A DNA stretch of 64,000 bases from Yuukianura sp. NJ FZ-2021 (lineage: Eukaryota), in the NCBI GenBank assembly GCA_046563655.1, contig CM102285.1:7750001-7814000 (forward strand), given 5' to 3'. The notes below the pieces were generated by a model. The model was not told the origin of the DNA and did no database searches. It saw nothing but the letters and a program-made list of their open reading frames with translations. The translations under genes and the position numbers were made by a program. Positions 47,701 through 60,021 of the stretch are shown here, in pieces (position 1 is the stretch's first letter; each line of letters starts with the position of its first letter).

Positions 47701-48432
47701 GCACCTCGGGTTTTTCAATTTTATTCAAAAATTTTCGAAAATGAAACCGACTCATCTTGATCACCATTTCTATGGCAATTTTATTCTTTCTTTTTTTAAA
47801 TTTTGGATCTTACTTCCGGAAAATCGTTTCCAATTGCGCCCGATTGGAGCGATAAACAAAATTGGTTCAAAAAGTTGTTTGCAGCAAGATTTTTGAAAAC
47901 CCTGAGGTACTGGACAACCTGGTGTAGCAAATACAATTGGTTGCTATAGCAACCTTGGTTTTTCTGTAGAGTTGTCTGATGTAACTTTAGTCGTGAAAAT
48001 CAAATATTTGGCAAACAAAATTCTGGAAAAGTGCGTTTTGAATTAAATGATGCCGCCGCCTTCCTAATCTCCATCACTGATGTGTGTGGATGAGTTTGTC
48101 CTGATCATGAGGCGACAATAACATTGCGTTGTTGATTTTTGGATTCTACGCAGAGTGTACTTGAAAAACCCCGTTGACACATTTATGTTGAAGTGATTGT
48201 GCTAAAAACGTTTCCTCTTTACTCAAGTGGGAGATTTATTTTGCAAATCCAACACTGGCTTTATTGGACGAGATGAGATTTTTATTCAACATTGTTTTTG
48301 TAGCATTTTGAATTCTGGCAATGTAGTTTTCAAAACTTTATTAAGTACAGCCATAGTGACAGCGTTGTGGGATTGTGAGGAAAAAATAAGCTTCGATTGT
48401 GACTCGATTTCTCTGCAAACTTTTGGGCGATA

Positions 48433-49345
48433 TTAATCGTCCATTTCGCAATCTGAGGCAATCCGAGGAGTATGTGACCCGTTCAGGAATTGTTGATTCC
48501 AAATTGAGGCATAGACGCCATCTTTGTCCAGTAAACCTTCGTGTCTGAAATATTTAAATAAGCATATTTTGAAATAATTGTATTTGTAGCGTTTTTGAAC
48601 ATTTTCTGGTTCTTACGATCAGGATTCAACAACAGATCCTTCGTCAAGTACAAAGATAGTGTCAACATTGACAATAGTTGACAGGCGATGGGCAATGATG
48701 TTAGAATTACTTTAAGAATCATATGGTAATTCTAAATGGATCTTTTCAAGTTTTGGCAATAAGTGTGTTTTATTAAACCGAAATCCCGACTGAAAACAAA
48801 TCGGTAGAACCCTTAGTTTTTAAACCAGGTCAACTCCGTAGTTCTAAAAGAATATTCTTGAAGGATTGAAATTGATTCATCCTTAGAAGATTCTGTGTCC
48901 TCCAGATCTTTCTGGAAGGAATCTTATCTTAATAGCGTTAACTTAAATATTGTCATAAAAACAAAAGAAACGCTCCGAGTCACGTAGACTCTTTGAGCAA
49001 AGGAAATGATGAAAAAGAGAATAAAGGTCAAAGATTGACCTCCTTCAAATGATAATCGAAGTTCTACTTTTGTAAAGTAATTCTAAGGTTCCCTGAATTT
49101 GTTTTTCTGTTTCAGTGCCCAACGATGATGTTGCTTCATCCAGAACCATAATTGGCGGGTTTCTTAAAATTGCGCGCGCAATGGCGACTCTTTGCTTTTC
49201 ACCGCCGCTGAGCTTCAGTCCTCGGTTTCCGACTTCAGTTTCATATTTCTCTGGAAACGAAGTTATGCGGTCATGAAGCGACGCTGCTTTGGCGGCCTCT
49301 GCAATTTCTTCATCTGTGGCATCCATTTTTGCATACTGAATGTTT
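48433..49345 (-). pseudogene. ABCB6/HMT-1/ATM1-like ABC transporter pseudogene, 3' portion only
   Basis: [49 protein letters not shown] [insertion] AHRLSTIVNVDTIFVLDEGSVVES*S, then an intron, then HEGLLDKDGVYASIWNQQ..* (last exon 48544-48433). Confidence 0.88.
48699..49047 (+). mobile_element. Solo LTR (349 bp) inserted in the ABC transporter exon
   Basis: TGTTAG...CCTTCA ends, 5-bp TSD AATGA (48694-48698, 49048-49052), AATAAA at ~49020. Confidence 0.8.
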
Positions 49346-50789
49346 GTTCTAACAAAAGATTTTTTTACAACTTTAGAAAAGTCCGCAAAGTGAGCTCTGT
49401 TTTCCCAAATTAGTACGAAAATAGTACGACGGATGAGTACAAAAATGGAATATCTCTAGGAAAATTTGTCCCATCAGCTTCTTCCACCACTTCCACTTCC
49501 ACCAGTCAAGGTCAAGCAGAGCTCAACGTTAACGTGTGGTTGGAGGAATTCGTTAGATACGATTTTCTGTAGGGCTTTTAGCTAAGAGCTTTTAACCTAA
49601 CCTAGCACTTCCTGCGTGATTGGTACGACGCTCAGAAAACTACGACCACACTTTCCGTAGTAGCAGACTCTGCTAACTAACGCAGCAGACACCTTTTCCA
49701 CGAAAACTTAACTTTTCCTCCAGAAATCAAAGGATTTCTGGAAGATATTTGAGAAATCATGGAATTTTGCCTTACTTTGCCTCCTACGGCAAAGCATCTA
49801 AAAATTCGTAAAAAAACTGCCTGCTGCATTGATTAGCAGCGTTAGCTAATGCGAAAAGTGTGGTCGTAGTTTTCTGAGCGTCGTACCAATCACGCAGGAA
49901 GTGTACTAGAAGAATGGGTCAAAGTTCATGATTTTGTTGTTTACAGTTTACTGTTTACAGACTGCGCAACTGTAAGCTGGGCGAACTGAGAATTAAGTGG
50001 GAATTTTGATTTTGAAAATTCAAAAGGAGGCAGTTTCGTTCTTTGTTCTTTTATTCATTCTCTCGTCAGTCAGTTGTCAGCTAGACAGCGATTGGCGAGT
50101 TATCATGGGTTGTGCAAAATTTCAGTCGTAAAGAATACATCCGTTCGGGTTTTGCATGATTACGTGATGTGTAAATTCTAAATTCTCAGTCGTTGCCATG
50201 TCTACAAAACGTTTTTTGGCGTTATTTTTTATTGACCTCCAGTCTCTCCTTAAGCTTAAGTAGAGGCTCAATCATCATCTCAAGGAAAACAGCACAACTT
50301 GTGTTTAGTGTTTAGGGCATTGGAAGAGGAGCAGTGTTGATGGATATCCACTTTTCCACATTTCTTCCACGGCTGGATATCCAATGGAAGAAATGGACGA
50401 AATGGATGAATCCAAAGGGGGCGGAGTTTTGCCCTCGGGGTTTTATAATTTGAGAAAAAACTGGAAAGAAGAAATGAAAGACACTAAAAAAACCTATACA
50501 ATTCATGGACTGACACATATGGACGGACACGGACACTTATGGACATGCACCCTTATTGGCATGTACCCTTATGGACACTTACCCTTATGGACATGAGAAG
50601 GAGAAGATCGTTTAGTTGGTTTTTGAAATTTTGAGTTTTTTGAAATTTTATATAAAAAATTTTTGTTAATTAGCTGCTAAATGTTAAAAGAAATTATATG
50701 GGTACATTGCTCACTGCTTCCTTCTTTCAGCCGACTAAGTTGTCAATGGCAACTTTGCGCTCCGAACTTTTTTTAAAGATCCAAGCATA

Positions 50790-50882
50790 ATGCGGCGTCG
50801 CAGGGACTCGATTCTCCGCCCGTCTAAGGTGTTAGTATGATAGAGCCAAAGCTCTAGTCCCCCCGGCCTACGGGCCTTGGAC
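50790..50882 (-). mobile_element. SINE head fragment
   Basis: Near-identical to 36295-36384 (GCTCTAGTCCCCCCGGCCTACGGGCCTTGGAC). Confidence 0.75.
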
Positions 50883-51140
50883 CCTACAATGTACTTTTAT
50901 ATGACGAACTATACTTAAGATTAAGGTTAAGAACTATTCTCTTTAGGCATGGGTGGCGAATATCCTCTTTCTTAAAAACCAATATAAAGAGTTCCAGTGC
51001 AACAGGGTCTTTTTAGTTCCGTCTCATACAATTTTAAGTTTTGGTGCTTTGGGCTATTCAATTCGAAAAAGAATTGTAAGGTAATCATCATTTATTAATT
51101 ATTTTCTAATTTATAAAATTACTTGTTAAACATTATTGTA

Positions 51141-52091
51141 AATAAACCGGTTGTAAACCGCCCATACTGATAATAGCGAAGCAATAGGCCCCCCGAAGAG
51201 GGTTTGTTCTCCCCACTTTCCCGCCCCCCCCGGGGGGAGTGGGGGTGTGTTTTCCCCAGTTTCCCGCCCCCCCCCCCCGGGGAGTAGGGGTGTGTTTTCC
51301 CGCTTTTTTGCTCCGCACCCCAGGAGGCGTGGGGGTGTGTTTCCCCCACTTTCCCGCCCCCCCGGAGTAGTGGGGGTGTGTTCCCCCAGTTTCCCGCCCC
51401 CAGGGGGTTTTGACAGGTGAGACGTGACAGCTGAAGCGTGACAGGTGACACCGGGCAAGTGACACTTGAGGGTGACAGGTGACACGCGGCACGTGACAGG
51501 TGACAGGTGACACCCGGCAAGTGACAGGTGACAGGTGACACCCGGCAAGTGACAGGTGACACCCGGTATGTAACAGGTGACACCCGGCAATTAACAGGTG
51601 ACAACTGACACCCGGCAGGTGACAGGTGACACCCGGCAATCAACAGGTGACAGGTGACACCCGGCAAGTGATAGGTGACACCCGGTGGACACAGTGCATG
51701 AGTGTGTAAAGTGTATATGTCAACTGCGTAATAGATTTTTTGCTAAGCAGAGAATCAACTCCCATGCCAATTGCCTTTCCAGTCTCACAAGCAGAGTTTT
51801 TGTACCCACACTTGCATTAGAAATGACCTTTGAAATCAATTTTGACCCGGAAGGAGGTGACCTAGGGTCACACATTCCACACAAAAGTTGTTCCCCTCGA
51901 TGAGATGAACAACTTTTGTAGAGGTCATTTTCCGGGTTACCAGGTATAAAACCGGTTGACCTTGACCTTTGACCCGGAAGGAGTTGACACCCGGGGGTCA
52001 TATTCAATAGTGACCAAGCCCGGGTCATGACATGGTCACTGGTGAAAACCGGAATCAAATCGGACCAGTAGTTTCTGAGATAATTAATCCG

Positions 52092-52122
<31 letters not shown>

Positions 52123-52165
52123 GGACAGACAAACCTCTTTTATCATAATAGCTTCGCTATTATAA
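51141..52165 (-). mobile_element. HINE-like copy B2
   Basis: Reverse complement of the A-copy architecture. Confidence 0.88.
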
Positions 52166-52940
52166 TAAACCGGTTGTAAACCGCCCATAATGATAATAGC
52201 GAAGCAATAGGCCCCCCGAAGGGGGTTTGTTCCCCCCACTTTCCCGACTCCCCCCCCCCCCGGGGGAGTGGGGGTGTGTTTCCGCCACTTTCCCGCCCCC
52301 CCCACGGGGAGTAGGAGTGTGTTCCCCCACTCTCCCGCCCCCCCCCCAGGGGGTGTTGACAGGTGAGACGTGACAGCTGAGGCGTGACAGGTGACAGGTG
52401 AGACGTGACAGCTGAGGCGTGACAGGTGACAGGTGAGACGTGACAGCTGAGACGTGACAGGTGACACCCGGCAACTGAGAGGTGACAGGTGACACCCGGC
52501 AGGTGACAGGTGACACCCGGTGCACACAGTGCATGAGTGTGTGAAGTGTATCTGTCAACTGCGTAATAGATTTTTTGCTAAGCAGAGAACCAAGTCCCAT
52601 GCCAATTGCCTTTCCAGTCTCACAAGCTGAGTTTTTGTTACACACACTTGCATTACAAATGACCTTTGAAATCCATTTTGACCCGGAAGCAGGTGACCTA
52701 GGGTCACACATTACACACAAAAGTTGTTCCCCTCGATGAGATGAACAACTTTTGTAGAGGTCATTTTCCATGTTACCGGGGATGAAACCGGTTGACCTTG
52801 ACCTTTGACCCGGAAGGAGTTGACAGCCTGGGGTCATATTCAATAGCGACCTAGTCCGGGTCATGGGGTGTTGATAGGTGAAAACCGGAATCAAATCGGG
52901 ACAGTAGTTTCTGAGATAATTAATCTGGACAGACAGACAG

Positions 52941-52971
<31 letters not shown>

Positions 52972-53005
52972 AACCACTTTTATCATAATAGCTTCGCTAT
53001 TATAA
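52166..53005 (-). mobile_element. HINE-like copy B1, head-to-tail with B2
   Basis: Junction GCTTCGCTATTATAA|TAAACCGGTTGTAAACCG. Confidence 0.88.
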
Positions 53006-53084
53006 TAATTGTAAATAACATTGTATAACACTGTAAATAACAACAAAAACTCTTTTCATGTTTAGTTTTTCTTTTTTGTGTTAG

Positions 53085-53306
53085 ATGACCAAAATTTGGA
53101 CGTCGGTTTTTCTTGTTATGCTGCTCGTTTGTTCAGTCGTTGATGGTGGACCAGCGGCGGCTGCACTGGTTGCTGCGGGGTGTCAAACAGCGATGTCCGC
53201 TTGCTTGCCAGTGTTTTGGAACCCATTTGCAGCTGCTGCTTGTTCGGCGGCTTATCTGACATGTATGGCGGGTGCAACGGCGGCGCTTCTGGTTCCAGGC
53301 CCATAA
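53085..53306 (+). CDS. Small secreted hydrophobic Ala/Cys-rich peptide (73 aa)
   Basis: Signal peptide ending VVDG; mature GPAAAALVAAGCQTAMSAC...CSAAYLTCMAGATAALLVPGP; polypyrimidine-TAG acceptor right before the ATG; AATAAA at ~53478. Confidence 0.8.
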   Translation: MTKIWTSVFLVMLLVCSVVDGGPAAAALVAAGCQTAMSACLPVFWNPFAAAACSAAYLTCMAGATAALLVPGP

Positions 53307-53535
53307 AGTTTTTTTAAACAAAATTGTCAGAAACTTTCAAGGTCAAAACGATTGGCTAAAACCATCGGTTTCAAAATTTGTAGTTCTTAAACTGAATTTT
53401 TTTTTGTTGTGACTTGAGATGTTAATCTTCGTGACCTTTATTGCCATTGTCCCTTCCACAGACTCTTACTTTGAAAGAATAAATAGATTCATCTGTTCCT
53501 CAAATCCTTTGTTATTGTCTAATTTTTTGTAATTT

Positions 53536-54072
53536 ATATAAACCGTTGTAAACGCCGTAAATAAGTAGCCATTAAAGACGCAGCGCACAGTCCGGACGCT
53601 GTCCACTTCCGTCAAGCCGGAAATGGGTTAATCACCCTCAGACCAGGTGAAGTTCATCTGTGCAGACAGATTGAAAATCGATCCAGTAGTTCTGGGGTTA
53701 TAGACGCGCGTAGCTTGAGCGACGCCATTTTGCAAGATCTAAGGTCTGTATCTCCGGAACCCTAGGACAAAGGTCAAAGACACCTTCATAAAAGTTGTCC
53801 AACTCAATGAGATTCAACTCAATCAGATCCAACTCTTTTGTGGAGGTCATTTTCACGATTTCCTTCAAACATACATTTCACCTTGACCTTTGACCCGGAA
53901 GTTCTCCACTTACGGTCAAACCGGAAACCGATTAATCATCCCTGGAGTATGTGAAATTCATCTGCGAAGAGAGATTGAAAATCGGCCCAGCGGTTCCAAA
54001 GCTAGCTTCACCAGCAGACGGACAGACAGACTCGCGGCAAAATATAGAGTAGCTCACACTTTCGCTACTAAA
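53536..54072 (-). mobile_element. Related, second-family HINE-like element
   Basis: TAAACCGTTGTAAACGCC end, CCTTGACCTTTGACCCGGAAG core motif, (GACA)n and AGTAGC..TTCGCTACT hairpin. Confidence 0.65.
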
Positions 54073-54284
54073 TATACGATTTATCATTTATTTGTTCGTG
54101 AATAAGCCAAGTACGACTTGTGTAGTTCAATTTTTCACCGGTGATTTGTGTACCCCAAGCCGCAGAACGAATTAAGTGTTATTGAATTTGATTCTTTAAG
54201 TCCAAGGAAACTCTGGATGCTTGTCAACCCTGAAATTCAAAGGAAGAAATGCATTAACTGACATCAAGTAGTAGTTCATAGGCT

Positions 54285-54683
54285 CAGTGTTGCTGGATGC
54301 TTAAACGTCCAGTGGCTTAATTGCCACTTCCACTGGATATCCAGTGGATGAAATGGGGCCCTACTGGACGATGGATGGAAGAAATCAGCTGAGTTTGAAA
54401 ATTCAGCGCGAATTTCAAATAAATTTAAATTAAATAATAGGAAACACTTTAATTAAGTATTTAAACCGCTTTTACTTAATTGGGGTTGTTATTAGAACTT
54501 ATTTTACCACAATTCCCGGTTGTTTTTGTTTTGTTTTTGATTTCTTCCCGATCTTTATTATCAAATTATGCATACCCTGCGGGCAAAGCTCCGCCCCTTT
54601 GGAGTCATCCATTTCGTCCATTTCTTCCACTGGATATCCAGCCGTGGATGAAATGTCGAAAAAGTGGATATCCAGCAACACTG
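54285..54683. mobile_element. hAT-type MITE (partial second copy from 50331)
   Basis: CAGTGTTGCTGGAT ... ATCCAGCAACACTG; 8-bp TSD CATAGGCT. Confidence 0.9.
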
Positions 54684-54714
54684 CATAGGCTATTAAAAAT
54701 TTTAAGAAGAGCTT

Positions 54715-55300
54715 ACCCAGAGAATATTTCGGAAAGAATAGCTTTGCTCATTATGTGTTTTTGTTGGATCGTCCAATTTCCGTAGGAGAGTCATGTCTTC
54801 TGGTTCCAAATTAAAAGAGCACGGCTAAAAAGTTAAAATAAACGGATTGAAAAATGTTTTCAAATCCAGGCTATTCCAAAGTGGACAATTTCCTGGAATA
54901 CCTTGATGGACGTTTCGATATCATACGGGTTTAGAAATTTTGGAATGGCAATAATTCCCGACTGAATGAGAAAGCGGATTACAATTTGTGTCGGCGTCTT
55001 GCCATATTTTCGACCAATTTCCTGCACGACTGGATCTTTTGCGACTTTGTGTTGATTGTGATCTCTAAAATCAAAAATAAGGGCCTCTCGAAGGTATTCG
55101 TTCACACGGTAAGCCCACATAGCTGTTAAGGGTACCTGAAAAAAAAAATCAGTTTTTGAATTAATATATTTTCAATAATTTTGCTAAACTTTTTGTGGAA
55201 TTTTGAATTTTGTAATAGTTTCTGACCTTAGACACAATGAAAAGTTCTTCTCGCTTGACTGTTCCACTTTGAATCCACGATTTGAGAGCACTGCCACAGC
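54715..55300 (-). pseudogene. Aldo-keto reductase gene fragments
   Basis: GSALKSWIQSGTVKREELFIVSK|GT and DPVVQEIGRKYGKTPTQIVIRFLIQSGIIAIPK exons; middle and N-terminal catalytic exons not found. Confidence 0.75.
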
Positions 55301-55339
55301 TATTCGGGTTACGTTTTGCGAGGAACATTTTTATACTCA

Positions 55340-56508
55340 AATAAACCGGTTGCAAACCGCGCATACTGATAATAGCTCAGAAATAAGGGGTTGCCCCCAG
55401 GGGGGATGGGGGTGTTCCACCCGATTTCCTGCCCCCAGGGGGAGTGGGGGTGTTTCCCGCGCTTTTTTGCTCTGCACCCCAGGGAGCGCGGGGGTGTGTT
55501 CCCTCCAATTTCCCGCCCCCAGGGGGAGTGGGGGTGTTCCCCGCACCCTATGAAGCGCGGGGGTGTGTTCCGCCACTTTCCCGCCCCACCCACGGGGAGT
55601 GGGGGTGTTCTCCACACTTTTTCGCTCCGCAGCCCAGAGAGCGCGGGGGTGAGTTCCGCCACTTTCCCGCCCCTCCGAGGAGAGCGGGGATGTGTTCCCC
55701 CTATTTTCCCGCCCTCCCCCAGGGGAGTGGGGGTGCGTTCCCCCACTTTCCGGCCCCCCCGGGGGCAGTGTGAGTGTGTTCACCACGCTTTCTCACACCC
55801 CCCCCAGGGGGTGTTGACAGGTGAGACATGACAGCTGAGGCGTGACATGTGACAGGTGACACCCGCCGCTACGTGAAATGTGGCAGGTGACACCCGCCGC
55901 TACGTGAAATGTGGCAGGTGACACCCGCCGCTACGTGAAATGTGGCAGGTGACACCCGGCATGTCACAGGTGACAGGTGACACCCGGCATGTCACAGGTG
56001 ACAGGTGAAGTGTGACAGGTGACAAGTGAGGAGTGTGTGACATGTGAGAAGTGAGGTGTGACAGGTGACAATTGAGTGTGTTAGTCAACTGCGTAATAAA
56101 ATTTTTTGCTAAGCAGAGAATCAAGTCCCATGCCAATTGCCTTTCTAGTCTCACAAGCAGAGTTTTTACCCACACTTGCATTACAAATGACCTTTGAAAT
56201 CGATTTTGACCCGCAAGCAGGTGACATAGGGTCACACATTACACACGAAAGTTGTTGGTCTCAATGAGATGAACAACTTTTGTTCATTTTATTTTCCCTG
56301 TTACCGGGGATGAAACCGATTGACCTTGACCTTTGACCCGGAAGGAGTTGACACACGGGGGTCATATTCAATAGTGACCAAGCCCGGGTTATGACATGGT
56401 CACTGGTGAAAACCGGAATCAAATCGGACCAGTAGTTTCCGAGGTACATGATCCGGACGGACGGACAGACAAACCACTTTTAGCATAATAGCTTTAATAT
56501 TTCGCTAT
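55340..56508 (-). mobile_element. HINE-like copy C (more diverged)
   Basis: Same ends and core with variant internal repeats (32-bp CAGGTGACACCCGCCGCTACGTGAAATGTGG x3). Confidence 0.85.
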
Positions 56509-56692
56509 GGTAAAATGCTGCTGGTGGACACTCCGTTGTCACAAAATTTTGAAGAGCACCTTAAGAAGTTTCTGGAACCAAGGTCTTACTCCGTCCCAGG
56601 CTTCTTAGCTGCCGTGACAAAGGCGTATGTCAAGGGACGTCACCTACGCTGGCGACACAGACGGACCTATAGCGACACAGATTCAGATTATG

Positions 56693-57541
56693 ATAAACCG
56701 GTTGTAAACCGCCCATAATGATAATAGCGAAGCAATAGGCCACCCGAAGGGGGGTGGGGGTGTGTTTCCCCCACTTTCCCGCCCCCCCCCGGGGAGTAGG
56801 AGTGTGTTCCCCCACTCTCCCGCCCCCCCCAGGGGGTGTTGACAGGTGAGACGTGACAGCTGAGGCGTGACAGGTGACAGGTGAGACGTGACAGCTGAGG
56901 CGTGACAGGTGACAGGTGAGACGTGACAGCTGAGGCGTGACAGGTGACAGGTGAGACGTGACAGCTGAGACGTGACAGGTGACAGGTGACACCCGGCAAC
57001 TGAGAGGTGACAGGTGACACCCGGCAGGTGACAGGTGACACCCGGTGGACACAGTGCATGAGTGTGTGAAGTGTATCTGTCAACTGCGTAATAGATTTTT
57101 TGCTAAGCAGAGAATCAAGTCCCATGCCAATTGCATTTCCAGTCTCACAAGCAGAGTTTTTTGTACCCACACTTGCATTACAAATGACCTTTGAAATCAA
57201 TTTTGACCCGGAAGGAGGTGACCTAGGGTCACACATTAAACACAAAAGTTGTTCCACTCGATGAGATGAACAACTTTTGTAGAGGTCATTTTCCCGGTTA
57301 CCGGGGATAAAACCGGTTGACCTTGACCTTTGACCCGGAAGGAGTTGACACCCGGGGTCATATTCAATAGTGACCTAGTCCGGGTCATGACATGGTCACT
57401 GGTGAAAACCGGAATCAAATCGGACCAGTAGTTTCTGAGATAATTAATCTGGACAGACAGACGGACGGACAGACAGACGGACAGACGGACAGACAGACAG
57501 ACAGACAAACCACTTTTATCATAATAGCTTCGCTATTATAA
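56693..57541 (-). mobile_element. HINE-like copy D
   Basis: Near-identical reverse complement of copy A1. Confidence 0.88.
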
Positions 57542-58876
57542 TAACGGAAGTAGTGACGACGCAGATGCAAATGACAATTAATGGCTCAATATTTCTAACA
57601 TAAGTTTATTTCCTCTCATTCAGTTCAATTTCGTAAAAAATATGTGTCTCTTGTGGAATGTAAAAGGAGTCCAGAGAAAGATCTCTAGGAATGAAATGAC
57701 TTTGTCAATCTACAATTTCTGTCACTTGACGCAACTCTGTGATGAATTCCTCCAAACCGTTAACAGTATCGACGTAAATGAGTGGAGTTTCTTCTAAAGT
57801 TTTAAGGGCTATCGGACTTTTAGATTTCTCCACCATCATCCAATCTTTCCCTTCGCCACGACCGGTGATAACAATGTTAAAAGTTAAAGAGTAGACATTT
57901 TTCTAGATTTTTTGAAAGAAAAAGTAACCGAAACCAAGTGTTGATTTTACCCAATCTGAGTCACCAGTAACTTTGAACTCTGGTCTCTGATTCACTCGGT
58001 TCGACCCCTCGAACTTTCGCTAAGAAACTTTTTTGGTTTTTTGAAGATTTGTTCTGTTTTAGCTGTTAAGGGAATCATTGTTTTAGTTCCTCTACTAAAT
58101 CTGGTACTTTAGTAGTACTTTTAAGGATTTTTCTTTTTGTGCAAAAGACCAGAATAAGCCAATTCACTGAGCAGAACACCAAGCAATAATAGTGCAAGAA
58201 TAACGTTCAAAATGAAACGAGTAAAACAAATTTGACGCCATTAGTCTCACGATACCACAGTGCAATTTCAATAAAATCAAAAGTGGGAAAATTGATTATT
58301 TTGAAATGGAATGTTTGATAACGAAAACAAAACAGTGAACAGAGGAATTCAATGTGAACGTTGAAGTTGAATTAAACTGAAACTACGTTAATCGATTACT
58401 CTACAAAGTTTGTGTGCTGTTCCATATTAAGTTCATTCTTCAATTGTGACTACAAAGATTAGTTACTGTTTTGTTCGTTATTCTGGAAGGACAGCTTGTC
58501 CTGCACAAGTTTGGTAAGTTTGGAAAGTCGGGTCGGTTATAGTTATAGTAAAGCGATGTGGTCCGTTTTACTTTTCACCCATTATATTAATGTGGTTTTA
58601 TATTATAAACATTGAAACCAAAAATTGCAAAGTCAGTTGAAAAGTCTAATGCTAAAGTACTAAAATTATAAAAAATTAAACTCTAACTTGCTAAAACTAT
58701 AGAAAATTTAACCCCAGGCTATAATACTGAAAGTTGCTCATTTTTAAATGAAAATATTAGAACATACTTAACTCACACTCAGCGACTTTACAAGCGCTGA
58801 TAAGGCTAAGTGTCGACCCTTGAGCCTAATGAGTTGGTTCCCACCAAAATTAATTGTTTGCCCTCCATGATTAATG

Positions 58877-58953
58877 CATAGAGTTGTCAAGACGACGATT
58901 TTTCGTTTTTTCGTTAAGAAAAAACGAAAAATCGTAGTCTTGACAACTCTATG
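58877..58953. mobile_element. 77-bp hairpin P-like mini-MITE
   Basis: CATAGAGTTGTCAAGAC ... GTCTTGACAACTCTATG; TSD GATTAATG. Confidence 0.9.
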
Positions 58954-58980
58954 GATTAATGAGGCCTAGATTCTAATACT

Positions 58981-59047
58981 CAAGGTTTCTTTTAGCAACG
59001 GTTGCTTCATATGAAGCAACAACTATTCCGTTGCTATAGAAACCTTG
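58981..59047. mobile_element. 67-bp P-like mini-MITE
   Basis: CAAGGTTTCT ... AGAAACCTTG; TSD CTAATACT. Confidence 0.88.
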
Positions 59048-59145
59048 CTAATACTATTTACAGATTAAGAGTGCCAGACTACTGATGCATTTAAGTTGTG
59101 AGATGCCCTTCCAGAATTGGTTCCCAAAATGAATACATTTTCTAA

Positions 59146-59607
59146 CAAAGATTTTTTAAATAACAAATTTTCTTAACTAGATGCGACATTTGGACCATTT
59201 TAAACAAAATTTTTGAAACCATTGTTTGCTAACGTTTCTCTTGACAACTGACTCAATTTCATGAAACTTAAGCCTGGTTCACACAAGATATTATTTCACG
59301 TCAGAGTGTAAATTCGCGAATTCGATATACATTGGAAATAATACTACTGTCTGAAAATAAGTTTTGTAGTCATTATTACAAATTAGTACGTGAGATGAAC
59401 TTGGTTGTGCCCTGGCTAGGTAAGTACCCATAAAGGGTGGCTGGTTTTTTCGTTTGTTGTATGAACCATGCTTAACCTGGGGATGAAAACGGTTTTTATT
59501 CCACTCCTGTCCACTTTGAAAATGTTTCAAAAATTTTGTTGACAAAATGCCAAATGTCCACTCTAGTTAAAAGGAAAAAACCAAAAAATTGTCTTGACAA
59601 CTCTATG
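59146..59607. mobile_element. P-like element with dissimilar ends (462 bp)
   Basis: CAAAGATTTTTT ... TTGACAACTCTATG; TSD TTTTCTAA. Confidence 0.85.
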
Positions 59608-59654
59608 TTTTCTAACGCTCAAAATTAGATTTAGCTCACAAAACTTCAAAAATT

Positions 59655-59960
59655 ATTTTTTTGAGAATGACATGACCTCAGACAACCCGAAAAATGACCT
59701 CTACAAAAGTTGTTGGGCTTGAAGAGCGGATCATTTTTTGTCCTGTGACACATGGCGCTGTGACCTTCCGTTGAGGTCACAGGTCAATTTGAAAGTGAGT
59801 TAGGTTAGGTTAGGTTACAACTTCAAATTGACCTATGACCTCAACGGAAGGTTACAACTTCATGTGTCACAGGACAAAAAATGATCCCATCTTCAAGCCA
59901 AACAACTTTTGTAGGGGTCATTTTTTGGGTTGTCTGAGGTCATGTCATTCTCAAAAAAAT
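59655..59960. repeat. ~140-bp-arm palindrome centred on (TTAGG)3
   Basis: TTGAGAATGACATGACCTCAGACAACCC..AGGTCAATTTGAA / TTCAAATTGACCT..GGGTTGTCTGAGGTCATGTCATTCTCAA; TTAGG x3 at 59800-59814. Confidence 0.9.
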
Positions 59961-60021
59961 TCAAAGTAAAACGGACCACATCGCTTTACTATAACCAGTC
60001 GGGTCTTCTTTTGATTTATAT

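Larger units (their letters stand above)
58535..59996. mobile_element. Mutator-like non-autonomous element with nested MITEs
   Basis: GGTTATAG(TTATAG)TAAAGCGATGTGGTCCGTTTTACTTT ... AAAGTAAAACGGACCACATCGCTTTACTATAACC; 9-bp TSD AGTCGGGTC (58526-58534, 59997-60005). Confidence 0.85.

Noticed and set aside
47652..47968. Inverted-repeat element (TACA.AAAAACCAAGGT ends)
   Set aside because: Probably a MITE, but ends and TSD could not be fixed, so not classified.
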